DNA from: Idiomarina loihiensis L2TR
Lineage (GTDB): Bacteria; Pseudomonadota; Gammaproteobacteria; Enterobacterales; Alteromonadaceae
Assembly (NCBI RefSeq): GCF_000008465.1
Contig: NC_006512.1
Span: 870,001-902,000 of the forward strand
Direction: 5' to 3'
DNA: 32,000 nucleotides
Position 1 is the stretch's first letter; every line of letters starts with the position of its first letter. This document shows positions 17,581 through 28,552 of this stretch, one piece after another. The position numbers and the translations under genes are program-made. Below the pieces are notes generated by a model, which did not search any database, was not told the origin of the DNA, and saw only the letters and a list, made by a program, of their open reading frames with translations.

Positions 17581-18539
17581 GACTGGCTACTCCCCTTGCT
17601 ACCCCTGTTATGTGCCTGGTGAAAATCGATTTCCGGTCCCTTCGGCACTATTTGTGTCGGATTAATGGTTTTATGGCTGGCATAGTAATGCGTTTTAATA
17701 TGGTCCATCACTACGGTCTCTTCTACGCCCGGGTACTGGTATAGCTCCAATAGGTAATTCCACATATTAGGGTAATCGACAATGCGCTTCTTGTTGGTTT
17801 TAAAGTGCCCGAAATAAACCGCATCGAAACGTACCAGAGTAGTAAATAAACGCCAGTCAGCCTCGGTTAATACGTCACCAGCTAAATAACGGCTCTGACT
17901 AAGAATGTTCTCTACTTTGTCTAAGGCAGCAAATAGCGATTCGTACGCTTCTTCATACGCATGCTGCGTGGTCGCGAAGCCACTACGGTAAACACCGTTG
18001 TTAATGTCGTTGTAAACCCACTCATTAACTTCTTCTATCTGCTTTTGCTTACCTGCGGGAAAGAAGTCCGATGTATTCCCGGTCAGCTCGTTAAACGCTG
18101 AATTGAAAATACGGATAATTTCGGCCGATTCATTGTTCACTATGGTCTGATTTTTCTTATCCCATAGTACTGGAACGGTTACTCGCCCGGTGTATTCCGG
18201 GTCAGCTTTTAAATACAGCTGATAAAGGAAGTCGGCATCATACAATGGCTCGTTAAGCGGCGCGTCTGAAAACTCCCAGCCATTCTCCAGCATCAGCGGG
18301 TGCACAACGGAAACATCAATATGACTTTCCAGACCTTTTAATTTTCGGAAAATAAGCGCACGGTGAGCCCACGGACAGGCGTAAGAAACGTAAAGATGGT
18401 AACGCCCAGACTCGGGCTCAAACTCTGTGCCCTGCGCTACGGTATTGCGAAACTGTGATTCGCTGCGAACAAAGCGGCCACCGTGTTTTTTGGTGTCATA
18501 CCATTTGTCATGCCATTGGCCATCAACTAATAAACCCAT
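17577..18539 (-). CDS. yqjG: Xi-class glutathione transferase / glutathionyl-hydroquinone reductase (YqjG/ECM4 family)
   Basis: 320 aa. It has GRYHLYVSYACPWAHRALIFRKLKGLE (CPWA active site) and PLMLENGWEF, which is very close to E. coli YqjG. Confidence 0.9.
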   Translation of the reverse strand: MGLLVDGQWHDKWYDTKKHGGRFVRSESQFRNTVAQGTEFEPESGRYHLYVSYACPWAHRALIFRKLKGLESHIDVSVVHPLMLENGWEFSDAPLNEPLYDADFLYQLYLKADPEYTGRVTVPVLWDKKNQTIVNNESAEIIRIFNSAFNELTGNTSDFFPAGKQKQIEEVNEWVYNDINNGVYRSGFATTQHAYEEAYESLFAALDKVENILSQSRYLAGDVLTEADWRLFTTLVRFDAVYFGHFKTNKKRIVDYPNMWNYLLELYQYPGVEETVVMDHIKTHYYASHKTINPTQIVPKGPEIDFHQAHNRGSKGSSQS

Positions 18540-18633
18540 AATAAACTCCTCAAGTTAGTATAGCTTTATAATAGAGTCTATTTTTTGGAATTATTAGCGC
18601 ATTATTTTCTATTAATTATTCTAAAAAATAGAA

Positions 18634-19773
18634 CTATAGAAAGGATTCAACCACGTCAGCAGCTTTTTCGCTCGCCGATACCTGTAATTGCTGGTGAATA
18701 TTTGTGAATTGCTCCAATAAGGGCTCGTTGTCTTGCTCAATTAACTGAACTAGCGCTTGTTCGATTGCCTCTTCCGAAGCATCAGATTGAGCCAGTTCCG
18801 GCACAATTTCTTTACCCGCTAAGAGGTTAGGTAAGGAGAAAAAAGGCGCGTGAAATAAACGTTTAATGATTTGATAAGATAACCAATGAAAACGATAAGC
18901 TACTACCATAGGGCGTTTTATCAGCAAGGCTTCAAGCGCAACGGTTCCTGACGTTAGCAGTAAATAATTGGCTGCGGCCATAACTTTTCGACTTTCACCA
19001 ACAGGTAACACAATATTCAGTTCGGGACTGTATTGGTCAACTAGTTCCCGAAATTGTGCGGCGCGAGCTTCGCTTATCATAGGCGCAACAAAGCGAAGTT
19101 CTGGGTATCTTTCTGCTAGTTTGTTCGCTACTTTCAAAAATACCGGCGCCATACGGGCAATCTCACCTTTACGACTTCCAGGTAAAATAGCCAGATACAT
19201 AACAGCAGGTTCAAGTTCCAGCTCATTACGCGCTTCTGTTTGCTGCCATTGCATAGGAATATCATCTGCCAACGGATGACCAACAAAAGTTGCAGGCAAT
19301 TGATGTTTATCGTAGAAATCTTTTTCAAAAGGCAATAAGCACAGTACGTGATCAACTGCTTTTTTTATGCCTTTAATACGCCCTTCTCGCCATGCCCAGA
19401 CAGATGGACTGACGTAATGAATGGTAGAGATACCGGCTTTTTTAAGGCGAGCTTCAACCGTTAGGTTAAAATCAGGGGCATCAATGCCTATCATCACATC
19501 CGGTTGCTCAGAAATGAGATAGTTGACCAGGTTCTTTCTGTGTTTTAACAGCTTAGGAAGTTGCTGAAAGACCTCAGCAATGCCCATAACGGCCAAGTCA
19601 TCCATGGCAAAGAACGAGTCCATTCCCCGTTCTGCCATTAAAGGCCCGCCGACTCCAATAAAAGTTGCATTGGGGTGACGCTTGGCAATGGCCTGCATTA
19701 GCCCGGCGCCTAGAAGATCACCCGAGTGCTCACCGGCAACAATAGCTATTTTAGGCGGCTGATTGCGGCTCAT
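18634..19773 (-). CDS. lpxB: Lipid-A-disaccharide synthase
   Basis: 379 aa with the N-terminal IAIVAGEHSGDLLGAGL motif. Its start overlaps the lpxA stop by 1 nt (TAATG). Confidence 0.96.
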   Translation of the reverse strand: MSRNQPPKIAIVAGEHSGDLLGAGLMQAIAKRHPNATFIGVGGPLMAERGMDSFFAMDDLAVMGIAEVFQQLPKLLKHRKNLVNYLISEQPDVMIGIDAPDFNLTVEARLKKAGISTIHYVSPSVWAWREGRIKGIKKAVDHVLCLLPFEKDFYDKHQLPATFVGHPLADDIPMQWQQTEARNELELEPAVMYLAILPGSRKGEIARMAPVFLKVANKLAERYPELRFVAPMISEARAAQFRELVDQYSPELNIVLPVGESRKVMAAANYLLLTSGTVALEALLIKRPMVVAYRFHWLSYQIIKRLFHAPFFSLPNLLAGKEIVPELAQSDASEEAIEQALVQLIEQDNEPLLEQFTNIHQQLQVSASEKAADVVESFL

Positions 19774-20540
19774 TACGGACGAATAATGCCTCGTGAACTG
19801 TTTTCAACAAAAGCTTTAAAACCATCCAATACCGGTTCATTTAATGCTGAAATACCTTCCAGGGCTTCGTCTACAGTAAGGCTGGAACGATACAAAATTT
19901 TATAGGCACGACGGACATTTTGAATTTGTTCGGGCGTATAGCCGCGACGCTTTAAACCCTCGGAATTGATTGTTCGGGGTTTGGCGTTATGACCCTGCGC
20001 CATCACAAAAGGAGGAATATCCTGAACGATAATAGAGTTAACCGCGGCAAAAGAGTGAGAACCAATATGACAAAATTGATGCACACCACTCATGCCACCC
20101 AGAATAACCCAGTCGCCTACGTGAACATGGCCAGCCAGAGTAACCTGATTAGCAAAGATATTGTCATTACCTATGACACAATCATGCGCAACATGTACGT
20201 AGGCCATAAACAGGTTATTATCGCCAATTTTAGTTAACGAGTTATCCTGCACCGTGCCACGGTGAATCGTTACCGACTCTCGGATAACGTTGTTGTCGCC
20301 AATCTCAAGCTCAGTCGGTTCGCCGTCGTATTTTTTATCCTGGCAGTCTTCACCAACCGACGCAAATTGATAAATGGTATTGTTCTTACCAATGGTTGTT
20401 GGGCCTTTTAAAACAACGTGTGACCGAATATCACAGTTGTCGCCGATAACAACATCGGGGCCAATAACCGTCCAAGGACCGACACTAACGTTCGTACCGA
20501 GTTTGGCGCTGGGGTCGATAATTGCGGTTTCGTGAATCAC
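19773..20540 (-). CDS. lpxA: UDP-N-acetylglucosamine O-acyltransferase
   Basis: 255 aa with left-handed beta-helix hexapeptide repeats, a GTG start, and a position in the lpxD-fabZ-lpxA-lpxB order. Confidence 0.96.
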   Translation of the reverse strand: MIHETAIIDPSAKLGTNVSVGPWTVIGPDVVIGDNCDIRSHVVLKGPTTIGKNNTIYQFASVGEDCQDKKYDGEPTELEIGDNNVIRESVTIHRGTVQDNSLTKIGDNNLFMAYVHVAHDCVIGNDNIFANQVTLAGHVHVGDWVILGGMSGVHQFCHIGSHSFAAVNSIIVQDIPPFVMAQGHNAKPRTINSEGLKRRGYTPEQIQNVRRAYKILYRSSLTVDEALEGISALNEPVLDGFKAFVENSSRGIIRP

Positions 20541-21005
20541 TTAAACTTCTCTTCTTGCACAAATAATTTCAGCAGTACAGGCAACGTCACCGTCAACTTC
20601 CGCGCGACCAGTAAATTTCCAGATACCACGGCGTTCTTTTTCGAAAGTAACAAAGAAATCAACAGTGTCCCCCGGGATAACCTGACGTTTAAAGCGGGCA
20701 TTATCAATACCGGCAAAAAGGTACAAATCGTTTGCATTCTTTTTGCTTTCTGTAATTTTAAAACCTAATAAGCCACAGGCCTGAGCTATAGCTTCAAGCA
20801 ACAACACTCCCGGGAAAATAGGCTTTGCCGGAAAATGTCCATTGAACATGGGCTCGTTAAAAGTCACGTTTTTTATCGCGTGTAACGAGTCTTTAGAGTT
20901 TGTTTCTATAACTCTGTCTATTAATAAAAACGGATAACGATGAGGCAGTAAATCTAGTACGCCCTGAATATCAAAACCTGATTCCGTAATTTTCAAATCT
21001 TTCAC
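20541..21005 (-). CDS. fabZ: 3-hydroxyacyl-ACP dehydratase FabZ
   Basis: 154 aa with a hotdog fold ([30 protein letters not shown]) and a GTG start. Confidence 0.96.
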   Translation of the reverse strand: MKDLKITESGFDIQGVLDLLPHRYPFLLIDRVIETNSKDSLHAIKNVTFNEPMFNGHFPAKPIFPGVLLLEAIAQACGLLGFKITESKKNANDLYLFAGIDNARFKRQVIPGDTVDFFVTFEKERRGIWKFTGRAEVDGDVACTAEIICARREV

Positions 21006-21010
21006 CTTAC

Positions 21011-22036
21011 TCAGTTATTATCGTCAGCTTGTTTTTCTAACTCTTTGACACGCTTAAAAAGATCATCCAGCTGACGGAATCTCGCTCCATTACGTCGCCA
21101 TTCACGATGCCCACTGGCAGGAATACCTGACGCATAAACACCTGGCTCGGTGATTTCTTTTATCACCATAGCAAATCCCATAATTTGCACGTCGTCACAA
21201 ACACTGATATGACCGTTAATAGCCGAAGCCCCACCAATCATACAACGCTTACCAATGCGGCAACTGCCTGCTAGTACAGTACAGCCTGCGATAGCCGTAT
21301 CTTCATCAATGAATACGTTATGCGCAATTTGACATTGATTATCAATAATACAGCCCGACGAAATAACCGTGTCGTCCAGAGCTCCGCGATCGACCGTTGT
21401 GCTGGCACCAATTTCAACATTGTCTTTAATAACAACGCGGCCTAGCTGAGGAATTTTTAGCCACTTGCCATTATCGGGAGCCCAACCAAAACCATCAGCA
21501 CCAATAATTGAGCCAGAATGAAACAGGCAATCATCGCCAATAACACAACGGTGATAGATTTTAACGCCTGACCAAAGTGTGCACCCGGCGCCAATTTGCG
21601 TTTCCGGACCAATATAGCAATGCGGGCCAATACTGGTGTTATCACCAATTATAACGCCTTCGTCAATCACCGTATATTCACCAATGCTAACGTTCTGACC
21701 GATAGTAGCTGACGGTGCAATTTTCGCAGACTCTGCGATACCATGAGCCGGCTTCGGCGTGGTGTCTAATAGTTGAGCAATTCGCGCAAAAGCCGCATAA
21801 GGGTTAACTACCCGGATTGCATTATCTATCGCATCGCTATCGTCTTTTTCAGAGACAATAACAGCGCCGGCGGAGGTTGTTTCTAACTGACTTTTGTAAC
21901 GGCTATTCGCCAAAAAAGCGATAGCGTCACCAGTAGCAGACTGCAAGGTCGCCACGCGCAAAATGGGGAGCTGCGAATTGCCTCGCACCTCCCCACCCAC
22001 ATGGTCAGCCAACTGCTGCAATGTGTACTCAGACAT
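21011..22036 (-). CDS. lpxD: UDP-3-O-(3-hydroxyacyl)glucosamine N-acyltransferase
   Basis: 341 aa with the typical N-terminal LxQLA domain ([16 protein letters not shown]), followed by hexapeptide repeats. Confidence 0.96.
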   Translation of the reverse strand: MSEYTLQQLADHVGGEVRGNSQLPILRVATLQSATGDAIAFLANSRYKSQLETTSAGAVIVSEKDDSDAIDNAIRVVNPYAAFARIAQLLDTTPKPAHGIAESAKIAPSATIGQNVSIGEYTVIDEGVIIGDNTSIGPHCYIGPETQIGAGCTLWSGVKIYHRCVIGDDCLFHSGSIIGADGFGWAPDNGKWLKIPQLGRVVIKDNVEIGASTTVDRGALDDTVISSGCIIDNQCQIAHNVFIDEDTAIAGCTVLAGSCRIGKRCMIGGASAINGHISVCDDVQIMGFAMVIKEITEPGVYASGIPASGHREWRRNGARFRQLDDLFKRVKELEKQADDNN

Positions 22037-22039
22037 AAA

Positions 22040-22555
22040 TTAGTTACCTGAAGTCATTTTCTCGACAACAGCACCAGACAAGTCATTATCGGCTTTCATG
22101 TAAGTAACCGCGTTACTTTCAAGAACCATGTCATAGTCTTTAGCTTCTGCAACAGCAGTAATCGCGTCCTGAACTTTTCCAAGCAACTTGTTACGTTCTT
22201 CATTTTGACGACGACGAGTGTCCTCTTGCAATGCTTTGCTTTTCAGCTGCGCTTCAGAGATAGTCTGCTCAAGATCTCGCTCTAGCTGAGTTTTCTCAGA
22301 AGCTGACATGATTGATGCATCGCGTTCTTGCTTTTGACGCAGTTCCTGAACTTTCTGTTCAAGCTGACGCATTTCCTCAAAGCGATCCTGAAACTCTGTT
22401 TGCAGCTGTTCGGAAATTTGCTCACGTTGTGGTAACTGCTGGAATACTTCCATCATATCGACAACACCAATTTTTTGCTGTGCCTGTGCAGCACCAGCAA
22501 AAAGCGCTGTTGAAACAGCAACTGCTGCAGCTGTAGATTTAATTAACTTTTTCAA
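22040..22555 (-). CDS. skp: Periplasmic chaperone Skp (OmpH)
   Basis: 171 aa with a signal peptide (…AGAAQAQQ), a coiled-coil-rich body, and a TTG start with GGAG 8 nt upstream. It lies between bamA and lpxD. Confidence 0.9.
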   Translation of the reverse strand: MKKLIKSTAAAVAVSTALFAGAAQAQQKIGVVDMMEVFQQLPQREQISEQLQTEFQDRFEEMRQLEQKVQELRQKQERDASIMSASEKTQLERDLEQTISEAQLKSKALQEDTRRRQNEERNKLLGKVQDAITAVAEAKDYDMVLESNAVTYMKADNDLSGAVVEKMTSGN

Positions 22556-22602
22556 GGTAAAACTCCTTCAAATTTTTTGTAACTATTATGTAATTATTAT
22601 TA

Positions 22603-25110
22603 TCAGAATGTAGTTCCGATATTAAATGAGAACACTTGGGTTTCATCACCCTCAACTTCTTTTAAAGCCCGACCTAACGAGAAAGTTAATGGACCCATTG
22701 GAGATATCCATTGCACAGACACACCAGCCGATGCGCGGAAATCTCCCGGTGAGCTATAGTCAGTTAACGGTTGTGGACTAGTATTTTCCAAGTCCTTGTA
22801 TCTATCGTAGTCGAATTCAGTATCCCAAACCATACCAAAATCAACAAAGACACTAGTTCGTATGCTATTACGCATACCTTCGTCAACAAAAGGTGTCGGT
22901 ACAATCAGTTCCAGTCCACCAGAGACTTTAGCGTTACCGCCTAAAGAATAGTTATTTTGTACAAACAACTGCTGGTTACCCGTTTCCGAACTGTAGTTCG
23001 GTGTTGGCAACCCGGTGAAATCCGGAATACCCTCAGAGTTGACCGACTCAGGTACAACATAAACAGCTCTCGGACCGACAGTATTCGGTTCAAAACCGCG
23101 TAAATCGCCCTGGCCACCAATACGGAAGTATTCCCAGAACGGTAAGAGGTAATCATTTCCAGCATCGTCTTCACCGTAACCGTTACCATAACCTAAATTC
23201 AGTCTGGTGAGAAATGACCACTGCTGGTCACGACTTAACGGATAATAGTGCTTGTACTCATAGTTTAAACGAAAATACTTTACGTCACTAAATGGCGCCG
23301 AAATTTCGGCACTAGCACGCTGCGAGGATCCACTAGTCGGGAATGTTCCACGATTAAGCGTCACCCGAGACCAACCGGCATTTAATTCATAAATATCGAA
23401 ACTGATTGGTCGCTCCGGATTCTGGTCATCCAGATAAGAGCGGTAAAACTGCTGGATTTGCTCGATACTCTGGTTCTGCGAATTAACACTCACTTCCTGA
23501 TTTTTATAACCCACGCCAAAGTTTAAGCGGTTAATTTCATCTATTGGAAAGCTAAGTCCCGTGGATAACCCATAGGTTTTCTGATTATAGTTAACGAGGT
23601 TTTGTGCATTACCTGCGTCAAACTCGCTCATATAAATCTGACCTGAGAGTCCAACACCATTCATAGTGAAATAAGGGTCGGAATACGACACACTGACGTT
23701 TTTATTAAAACGACTGGTACTGATATTGAACCCGACTCGGGTACCCGTACCTAAAAAGTTGTTTTGCTGAACACCTGCGTTAAGTTGCAGACCTGAGTAG
23801 TCTCCGTAACCAATACCCGCATTAAAGGAACCTGAAGGTTGCTCTTTAACCTTATAAGTCACATCTACCTGATCATCCCGGCCTTCAACCCGTTCAGTGG
23901 ACGTTTCTACGGTTTCGAAATAGCCCAGACGCTCAAGACGAACTTTACCTTGCTCAATGTTGCTGTCAGACAACCATGCGCCTTCAAGTTGACGCATTTC
24001 ACGGCGTAACACCCGGTCTTTGGTCGCGCCATTGCCTTCAAAATTAATATGACGAACGTAGACGCGTTTTCCTGGGTTTATCGAAAAGGTAATTTTAACC
24101 GTTTTATCTTCATCATCGTGCTCAGGGATAGCTCTAACTTCTGGATACGCATAACCATAGCGACCATAAAAGCGGCTGATCATGTCTTCAATATAAGTAA
24201 CCTGTGCCGCGTTATAGAGCGTGCCTTTCTCAATTTTAGCAATTTTTCCAACCAACTCGTCATGGCCTTTTAAATCACCAATGACATCGGTCTCGCTAAT
24301 TTTATATTTATCACCTTCACTGACATTTATAGTGATATAAATGCCTTCGCGATCCGGCGTCATAGAGACCTGTACAGACTCTACCCGGAAGCGCAAATAG
24401 CCGCGGTCACGATAAAATGACTCTAAGGTTTCCAGGTCACCGCTTAATTGTTGTTTCTGGTAACGCTTTTCGCCTATAAAGTTCCACCATGGAAGGCTAT
24501 CCCGAAGTTCAAAGGTATCCAGTAATAGCTCATCAGCGAAAGCTTTATTGCCCACAATATTAATTTGCGCAATTTCCGCCGCATCACCTTCTTCAAAGTT
24601 CATGCGTAACTCAACACGGTTACGTGGCAAGTCCACAACCTGAACTTCCACCGACGCATTATATTTACCCACACTGTGATAAAAGTCTTCCAGACCTTTT
24701 TCAATGCCAGAAATAGTGGTTCTGTCTAAAGGTTCACCAGTAACAATATTATTATCAACTAAGCTTTCCTGAAGCTGCTCGTCTTTAATATCGCTGTTAC
24801 CTTCAAAGGTGATTTCGGCAATGGTTGGCCGTTCACTAACAGTGAAGATCAAAGTGTCTTCACTTCTGCGCGCATCGATATAGTCGAAATGAGTAGAAGA
24901 ATAAAGTGAGCGAATAGCGCTGCGAATTTGCAACTCGCTAACTTCGTCACCGACTCTCACAGGTATGTAGGTTAACGCAGCACCTAAAGCGACACGTTGT
25001 AATCCTTTTACTTCAATATCTTCGACAACAAATTCATCTTGTGCGTAGGCTGGTGCTACTGCACCTGCAATCATGGCACTCACTAACAGCTTTTTAAACG
25101 TCATTATCAC
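22603..25110 (-). CDS. bamA: Outer membrane protein assembly factor BamA
   Basis: 835 aa with a signal peptide, five POTRA repeats and a C-terminal beta-barrel ending in F. It is colinear with E. coli BamA ([25 protein letters not shown]). Confidence 0.97.
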   Translation of the reverse strand: MIMTFKKLLVSAMIAGAVAPAYAQDEFVVEDIEVKGLQRVALGAALTYIPVRVGDEVSELQIRSAIRSLYSSTHFDYIDARRSEDTLIFTVSERPTIAEITFEGNSDIKDEQLQESLVDNNIVTGEPLDRTTISGIEKGLEDFYHSVGKYNASVEVQVVDLPRNRVELRMNFEEGDAAEIAQINIVGNKAFADELLLDTFELRDSLPWWNFIGEKRYQKQQLSGDLETLESFYRDRGYLRFRVESVQVSMTPDREGIYITINVSEGDKYKISETDVIGDLKGHDELVGKIAKIEKGTLYNAAQVTYIEDMISRFYGRYGYAYPEVRAIPEHDDEDKTVKITFSINPGKRVYVRHINFEGNGATKDRVLRREMRQLEGAWLSDSNIEQGKVRLERLGYFETVETSTERVEGRDDQVDVTYKVKEQPSGSFNAGIGYGDYSGLQLNAGVQQNNFLGTGTRVGFNISTSRFNKNVSVSYSDPYFTMNGVGLSGQIYMSEFDAGNAQNLVNYNQKTYGLSTGLSFPIDEINRLNFGVGYKNQEVSVNSQNQSIEQIQQFYRSYLDDQNPERPISFDIYELNAGWSRVTLNRGTFPTSGSSQRASAEISAPFSDVKYFRLNYEYKHYYPLSRDQQWSFLTRLNLGYGNGYGEDDAGNDYLLPFWEYFRIGGQGDLRGFEPNTVGPRAVYVVPESVNSEGIPDFTGLPTPNYSSETGNQQLFVQNNYSLGGNAKVSGGLELIVPTPFVDEGMRNSIRTSVFVDFGMVWDTEFDYDRYKDLENTSPQPLTDYSSPGDFRASAGVSVQWISPMGPLTFSLGRALKEVEGDETQVFSFNIGTTF

Positions 25111-25135
25111 TAGCTACTTATTGTTAATTCGTGAC

Positions 25136-26491
25136 TCAGAATGCGAAACGGGCGATGTCATTTGATATTGCTAACGCCATCAACGCGAATACCAGCACCC
25201 CACCAATCCTATAGCAAACGTCTTGCACTCTTTCGGATACCGGCTTACCGCGCACCCATTCAATGCTGTAAAACATCAAATGACCGCCGTCTAATACCGG
25301 TAAAGGTAATAAATTAATTATCCCTAAATTGACACTTAACAGCGCCAAAAAACTTAAAAAATAAACGAACCCATTGCTGGCACTAACTCCAGCACCTTCG
25401 GCAATACTTAAAGGCCCTGCCAGGTTCTTTACAGAAACATCTCCGGTCAGCAGTTTACCTATCATTTTCACGCTAACAACCATCAATTCCCAAGTTTTTT
25501 CTGCGCCTTTCGCTAAGCCGCTAAAAAAACCATATTGATGCGTGAAAACGTAATCATCTGGCAAAGGCTCTGTTACCGGAACTACGCCAAGGTAGCCTAT
25601 GACACCATTTTGGCTTTCCCGTTCCCCTATTTGAACAGAAATTTGCTGCTCAACCTGATTCCTCTGAACCGTAAATAAAACGTCCTGTCCCGCCGATTCA
25701 GCGATTATTTTACGTATTTCAGTCCAACTTTCGACACTTTCATCACCAATTCGGGTGATTGTGTCACCTTCTTTTAATCCGCCGGCCTCGGCTGGGGAGC
25801 CACTTTCTACCTGGCTAAGTTCGGTATAAACAGCAGGTTGATAAACCTCAATTCCCAAACTGCCAAAGGTCGATTCCGTTTCCGGATCAAACTGCCAGCC
25901 ACTTAAATTCAGTGTGCGTTTTACTTCATCACCGTCCGGCGTTCTTAATGTGAGTACTGTTTCATCGTCGCCAATTGCCGACATAAGCCCCAGCTGAACC
26001 TGTTGCCAGTCATAGGCTTCAACATTATCAACTGAGAGAATTTCGCTACCTCTTTCAAGCTGAGCTTCGGCTGCAACAGAGTCGGCTTTTACATCGCCGA
26101 TAACCGGTTTCACCGTGGGAACACCAATGCCAAACATCAACCATAAAACAGCGACCGCTAAAACAAAGTTCGCGATTGGACCGGCAGCAACTATCGCAAA
26201 ACGTTTATATACTGATTGCGCGTTAAAGCTAACATCTCGCTCTTCCTCGCTGACATCATCAATACGTTCGTCCAGCATGCGAACGTAGCCACCAAGGGGA
26301 ATAATCCCCAGTTGATAAACCGTGCCTTCTTTGCCTTCACGTTTCCATATAGCCCTGCCAAAACCTACCGAGAAAGTTAACACTTTTACACCGCAGCGGC
26401 GCGCAACCCAAAAGTGCCCAAACTCGTGAAAAGCAACTAAAATACCGAGAGTTACAACGAAGGAAAAGAAATACCAAATTGCGTCTATCAC
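25136..26491 (-). CDS. rseP: Site-2 zinc metalloprotease RseP (cleaves RseA)
   Basis: It carries the HEFGHF zinc motif, two PDZ domains and the LDG motif. I place the start at GTG 26491, which overlaps the dxr TGA as GTGA and gives VIDAIWYFFSF..., matching the E. coli N-terminus. The track ORF extends to 26512. Confidence 0.94.
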   Translation of the reverse strand: MIDAIWYFFSFVVTLGILVAFHEFGHFWVARRCGVKVLTFSVGFGRAIWKREGKEGTVYQLGIIPLGGYVRMLDERIDDVSEEERDVSFNAQSVYKRFAIVAAGPIANFVLAVAVLWLMFGIGVPTVKPVIGDVKADSVAAEAQLERGSEILSVDNVEAYDWQQVQLGLMSAIGDDETVLTLRTPDGDEVKRTLNLSGWQFDPETESTFGSLGIEVYQPAVYTELSQVESGSPAEAGGLKEGDTITRIGDESVESWTEIRKIIAESAGQDVLFTVQRNQVEQQISVQIGERESQNGVIGYLGVVPVTEPLPDDYVFTHQYGFFSGLAKGAEKTWELMVVSVKMIGKLLTGDVSVKNLAGPLSIAEGAGVSASNGFVYFLSFLALLSVNLGIINLLPLPVLDGGHLMFYSIEWVRGKPVSERVQDVCYRIGGVLVFALMALAISNDIARFAF

Positions 26492-27681
26492 TGTGCGTAC
26501 TCCTGCAACCATTTATTGGCTGCTAAACGCGCTTGTTTATCTATGGCTAACAGCGTCTCTAAGCTATCGGCCTCATCAGCTTGTATTGACTGCAATACCG
26601 AATCACAAACTTTTGCAATATCAGTAAAACCAACCTGTTCTTGTAAAAATGCAGCAACGGCAACTTCGTTCGCCGCGTTTAAAGCAGTAGTGGCCCACTG
26701 CCCTTCCCAACATGCTTCTATCGCCAACTGTAAACACGGATAACGTTGTGCTTCGGGCTGCTTAAAGGTCAGTTCGGCTATTTGAGTAAAATCTAAGCCC
26801 GCAACACCGCTTTCTAAACGCTCTGGATAACCCAACGAATGGGCTATAGGCGTGCGCATGTCCGGTTCACCCATTTGAGCAAGTACGGAACCGTCGGTGT
26901 ATTGCACCATAGAATGAATAACGCTCTGCGGGTGAATAACAACTTTCAGTTGGTCACGCGAACAATTGAATAACCAGCGGGCTTCAATGTATTCCAGCCC
27001 CTTGTTCAGCATGGTGGCGGAATCCACTGAAATTTTCCGACCCATGGACCAATTTGGGTGATTGCATGCCGCACCAGGGGTTTGTTGCGGCAACTCCTCA
27101 AGAGGTATATCGCGAAACGGACCGCCGGAGCCGGTTAACAGTAAATACTGAATGCCATGCTCCGCTAACGCCATAGTACCAACCTGTTGCTGCGCAGCCT
27201 GGGGTAAACACTGAAAAATAGCGTTGTGTTCGCTGTCGACCGGAATAATTCTAGCGCCGGAACGTTGAGCATGATCAATAAACAACTGACCGCTCATAAC
27301 CAGAGCTTCTTTATTGGCTAACAGTACATCTTTACCTGCGTCAATCGCAGCTAGTGTCGGTGATAGTCCGGCCGCACCGACTATAGCCGCCATAACCACA
27401 TCCACCTCAGCGTCCGAACTGACCTCAGCTAAAGCCTGATCTCCATACATAACCTGAGTTGAAGTCTGTTGACCGAGAAGTGCTTTAAGCTCAGCAGCAG
27501 CATTGTATGAACCCATAACCGCGTATTGCGGATTATGCTTTACACAAAGCTCAGCCATAGCACTAATCTGGCTATGGGCTGTTAAGGCAAAAACCTGAAA
27601 GTCATCCGGATGCCGTGAGACAACGTTCAATGTGTTTTGACCAATAGAGCCGGTTGCTCCCAAAACTGTTATTCGACGCAT
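26488..27681 (-). CDS. dxr: 1-deoxy-D-xylulose-5-phosphate reductoisomerase
   Basis: 397 aa with the N-terminal NADPH motif ITVLGATGSIG, plus LANKE and DSEHNAIFQC motifs. Confidence 0.97.
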   Translation of the reverse strand: MRRITVLGATGSIGQNTLNVVSRHPDDFQVFALTAHSQISAMAELCVKHNPQYAVMGSYNAAAELKALLGQQTSTQVMYGDQALAEVSSDAEVDVVMAAIVGAAGLSPTLAAIDAGKDVLLANKEALVMSGQLFIDHAQRSGARIIPVDSEHNAIFQCLPQAAQQQVGTMALAEHGIQYLLLTGSGGPFRDIPLEELPQQTPGAACNHPNWSMGRKISVDSATMLNKGLEYIEARWLFNCSRDQLKVVIHPQSVIHSMVQYTDGSVLAQMGEPDMRTPIAHSLGYPERLESGVAGLDFTQIAELTFKQPEAQRYPCLQLAIEACWEGQWATTALNAANEVAVAAFLQEQVGFTDIAKVCDSVLQSIQADEADSLETLLAIDKQARLAANKWLQEYAQ

Positions 27682-27685
27682 AGGT

Positions 27686-28549
27686 TTAATGCAAAAACTC
27701 CAGATAAGCTAAGGTGAAAATAGGCACTGCAGCGGTAAGACTGTCAATACGGTCAAGAATTCCCCCGTGCCCGGGTAAAATTGAACCGCTGTCCTTAACC
27801 CCTGCACTACGCTTAAACATGCTTTCGTTTAAATCACCAAATACTGAAGCAACCACAGTAAACAATCCGGTTAAGTAATAACCGGTAAACTGATCGGCAG
27901 GCACTTTAGTCCAGTGCGCCACAACCATCATCACTACAAAAGCTAAGGTCACACCACCACAAAGGCCTTCCATTGTTTTACCCGGGCTTACCGCTGGCAT
28001 CATCTTATTACGGCCATAACGCACGCCGGCAAAATACGCACCAACATCAGCAGCCCAAACCAGCAGTAAAATAAAGAGAACCACCCAGCCACCAAAGAAG
28101 CGCGACTCATCAATATCAATTGAGCGAACCGTGACTAATGCCGCCCAGGTAGGAATAAAAATTAACAAACCAAATACACCGACAATGGCTCGGGTTCGTG
28201 ACCACATACGTCGGCTGGAGGGATAATTTACGATCATTGCCAACGCAACGACCCACCAGACACCGCCAGCTAAAATAGTGTAGTAGATGAGTTTAGAGAG
28301 CTCACCGCCCTCCCACAAATGCTCGTAGGGAGCCAGCCAGGACAACACGCCAATTATGGCACCGACAAATAAGGTGTAAGCGATGCGCGCTGAAATGCGA
28401 CGCACGCCCATTAGCGGAGACCATTCCCAGGCGCCCAGCATAAGGACCCCCTGAATGAAAAGAGCAAAGCCCCACAACGGCAGCATAAAAACACCGTACA
28501 GTGCCACCGGAACCAGCAATAGTGCTGTAATAATACGTTGTTTTAGCAA
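27686..28549 (-). CDS. cdsA: Phosphatidate cytidylyltransferase (CDP-diglyceride synthase)
   Basis: 287 aa and polytopic. The C-terminal signature is SMFKRSAGVKDSGSILPGHGGILDRIDS. It has a TTG start, and its N-terminus aligns to E. coli CdsA. Confidence 0.95.
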   Translation of the reverse strand: MLKQRIITALLLVPVALYGVFMLPLWGFALFIQGVLMLGAWEWSPLMGVRRISARIAYTLFVGAIIGVLSWLAPYEHLWEGGELSKLIYYTILAGGVWWVVALAMIVNYPSSRRMWSRTRAIVGVFGLLIFIPTWAALVTVRSIDIDESRFFGGWVVLFILLLVWAADVGAYFAGVRYGRNKMMPAVSPGKTMEGLCGGVTLAFVVMMVVAHWTKVPADQFTGYYLTGLFTVVASVFGDLNESMFKRSAGVKDSGSILPGHGGILDRIDSLTAAVPIFTLAYLEFLH

Positions 28550-28552
28550 GTG

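Noticed and set aside
13929-18633. A possible tRNA-Tyr-anchored genomic island
   Set aside because: There is no integrase, transposase or phage gene. I could not find a direct repeat of the tRNA 3' end (TTCGAATCCTGCCCCCTCCACCA) anywhere downstream, and by eye the composition does not differ from the flanks. I treat it as an accessory-looking block, not a mobile element.
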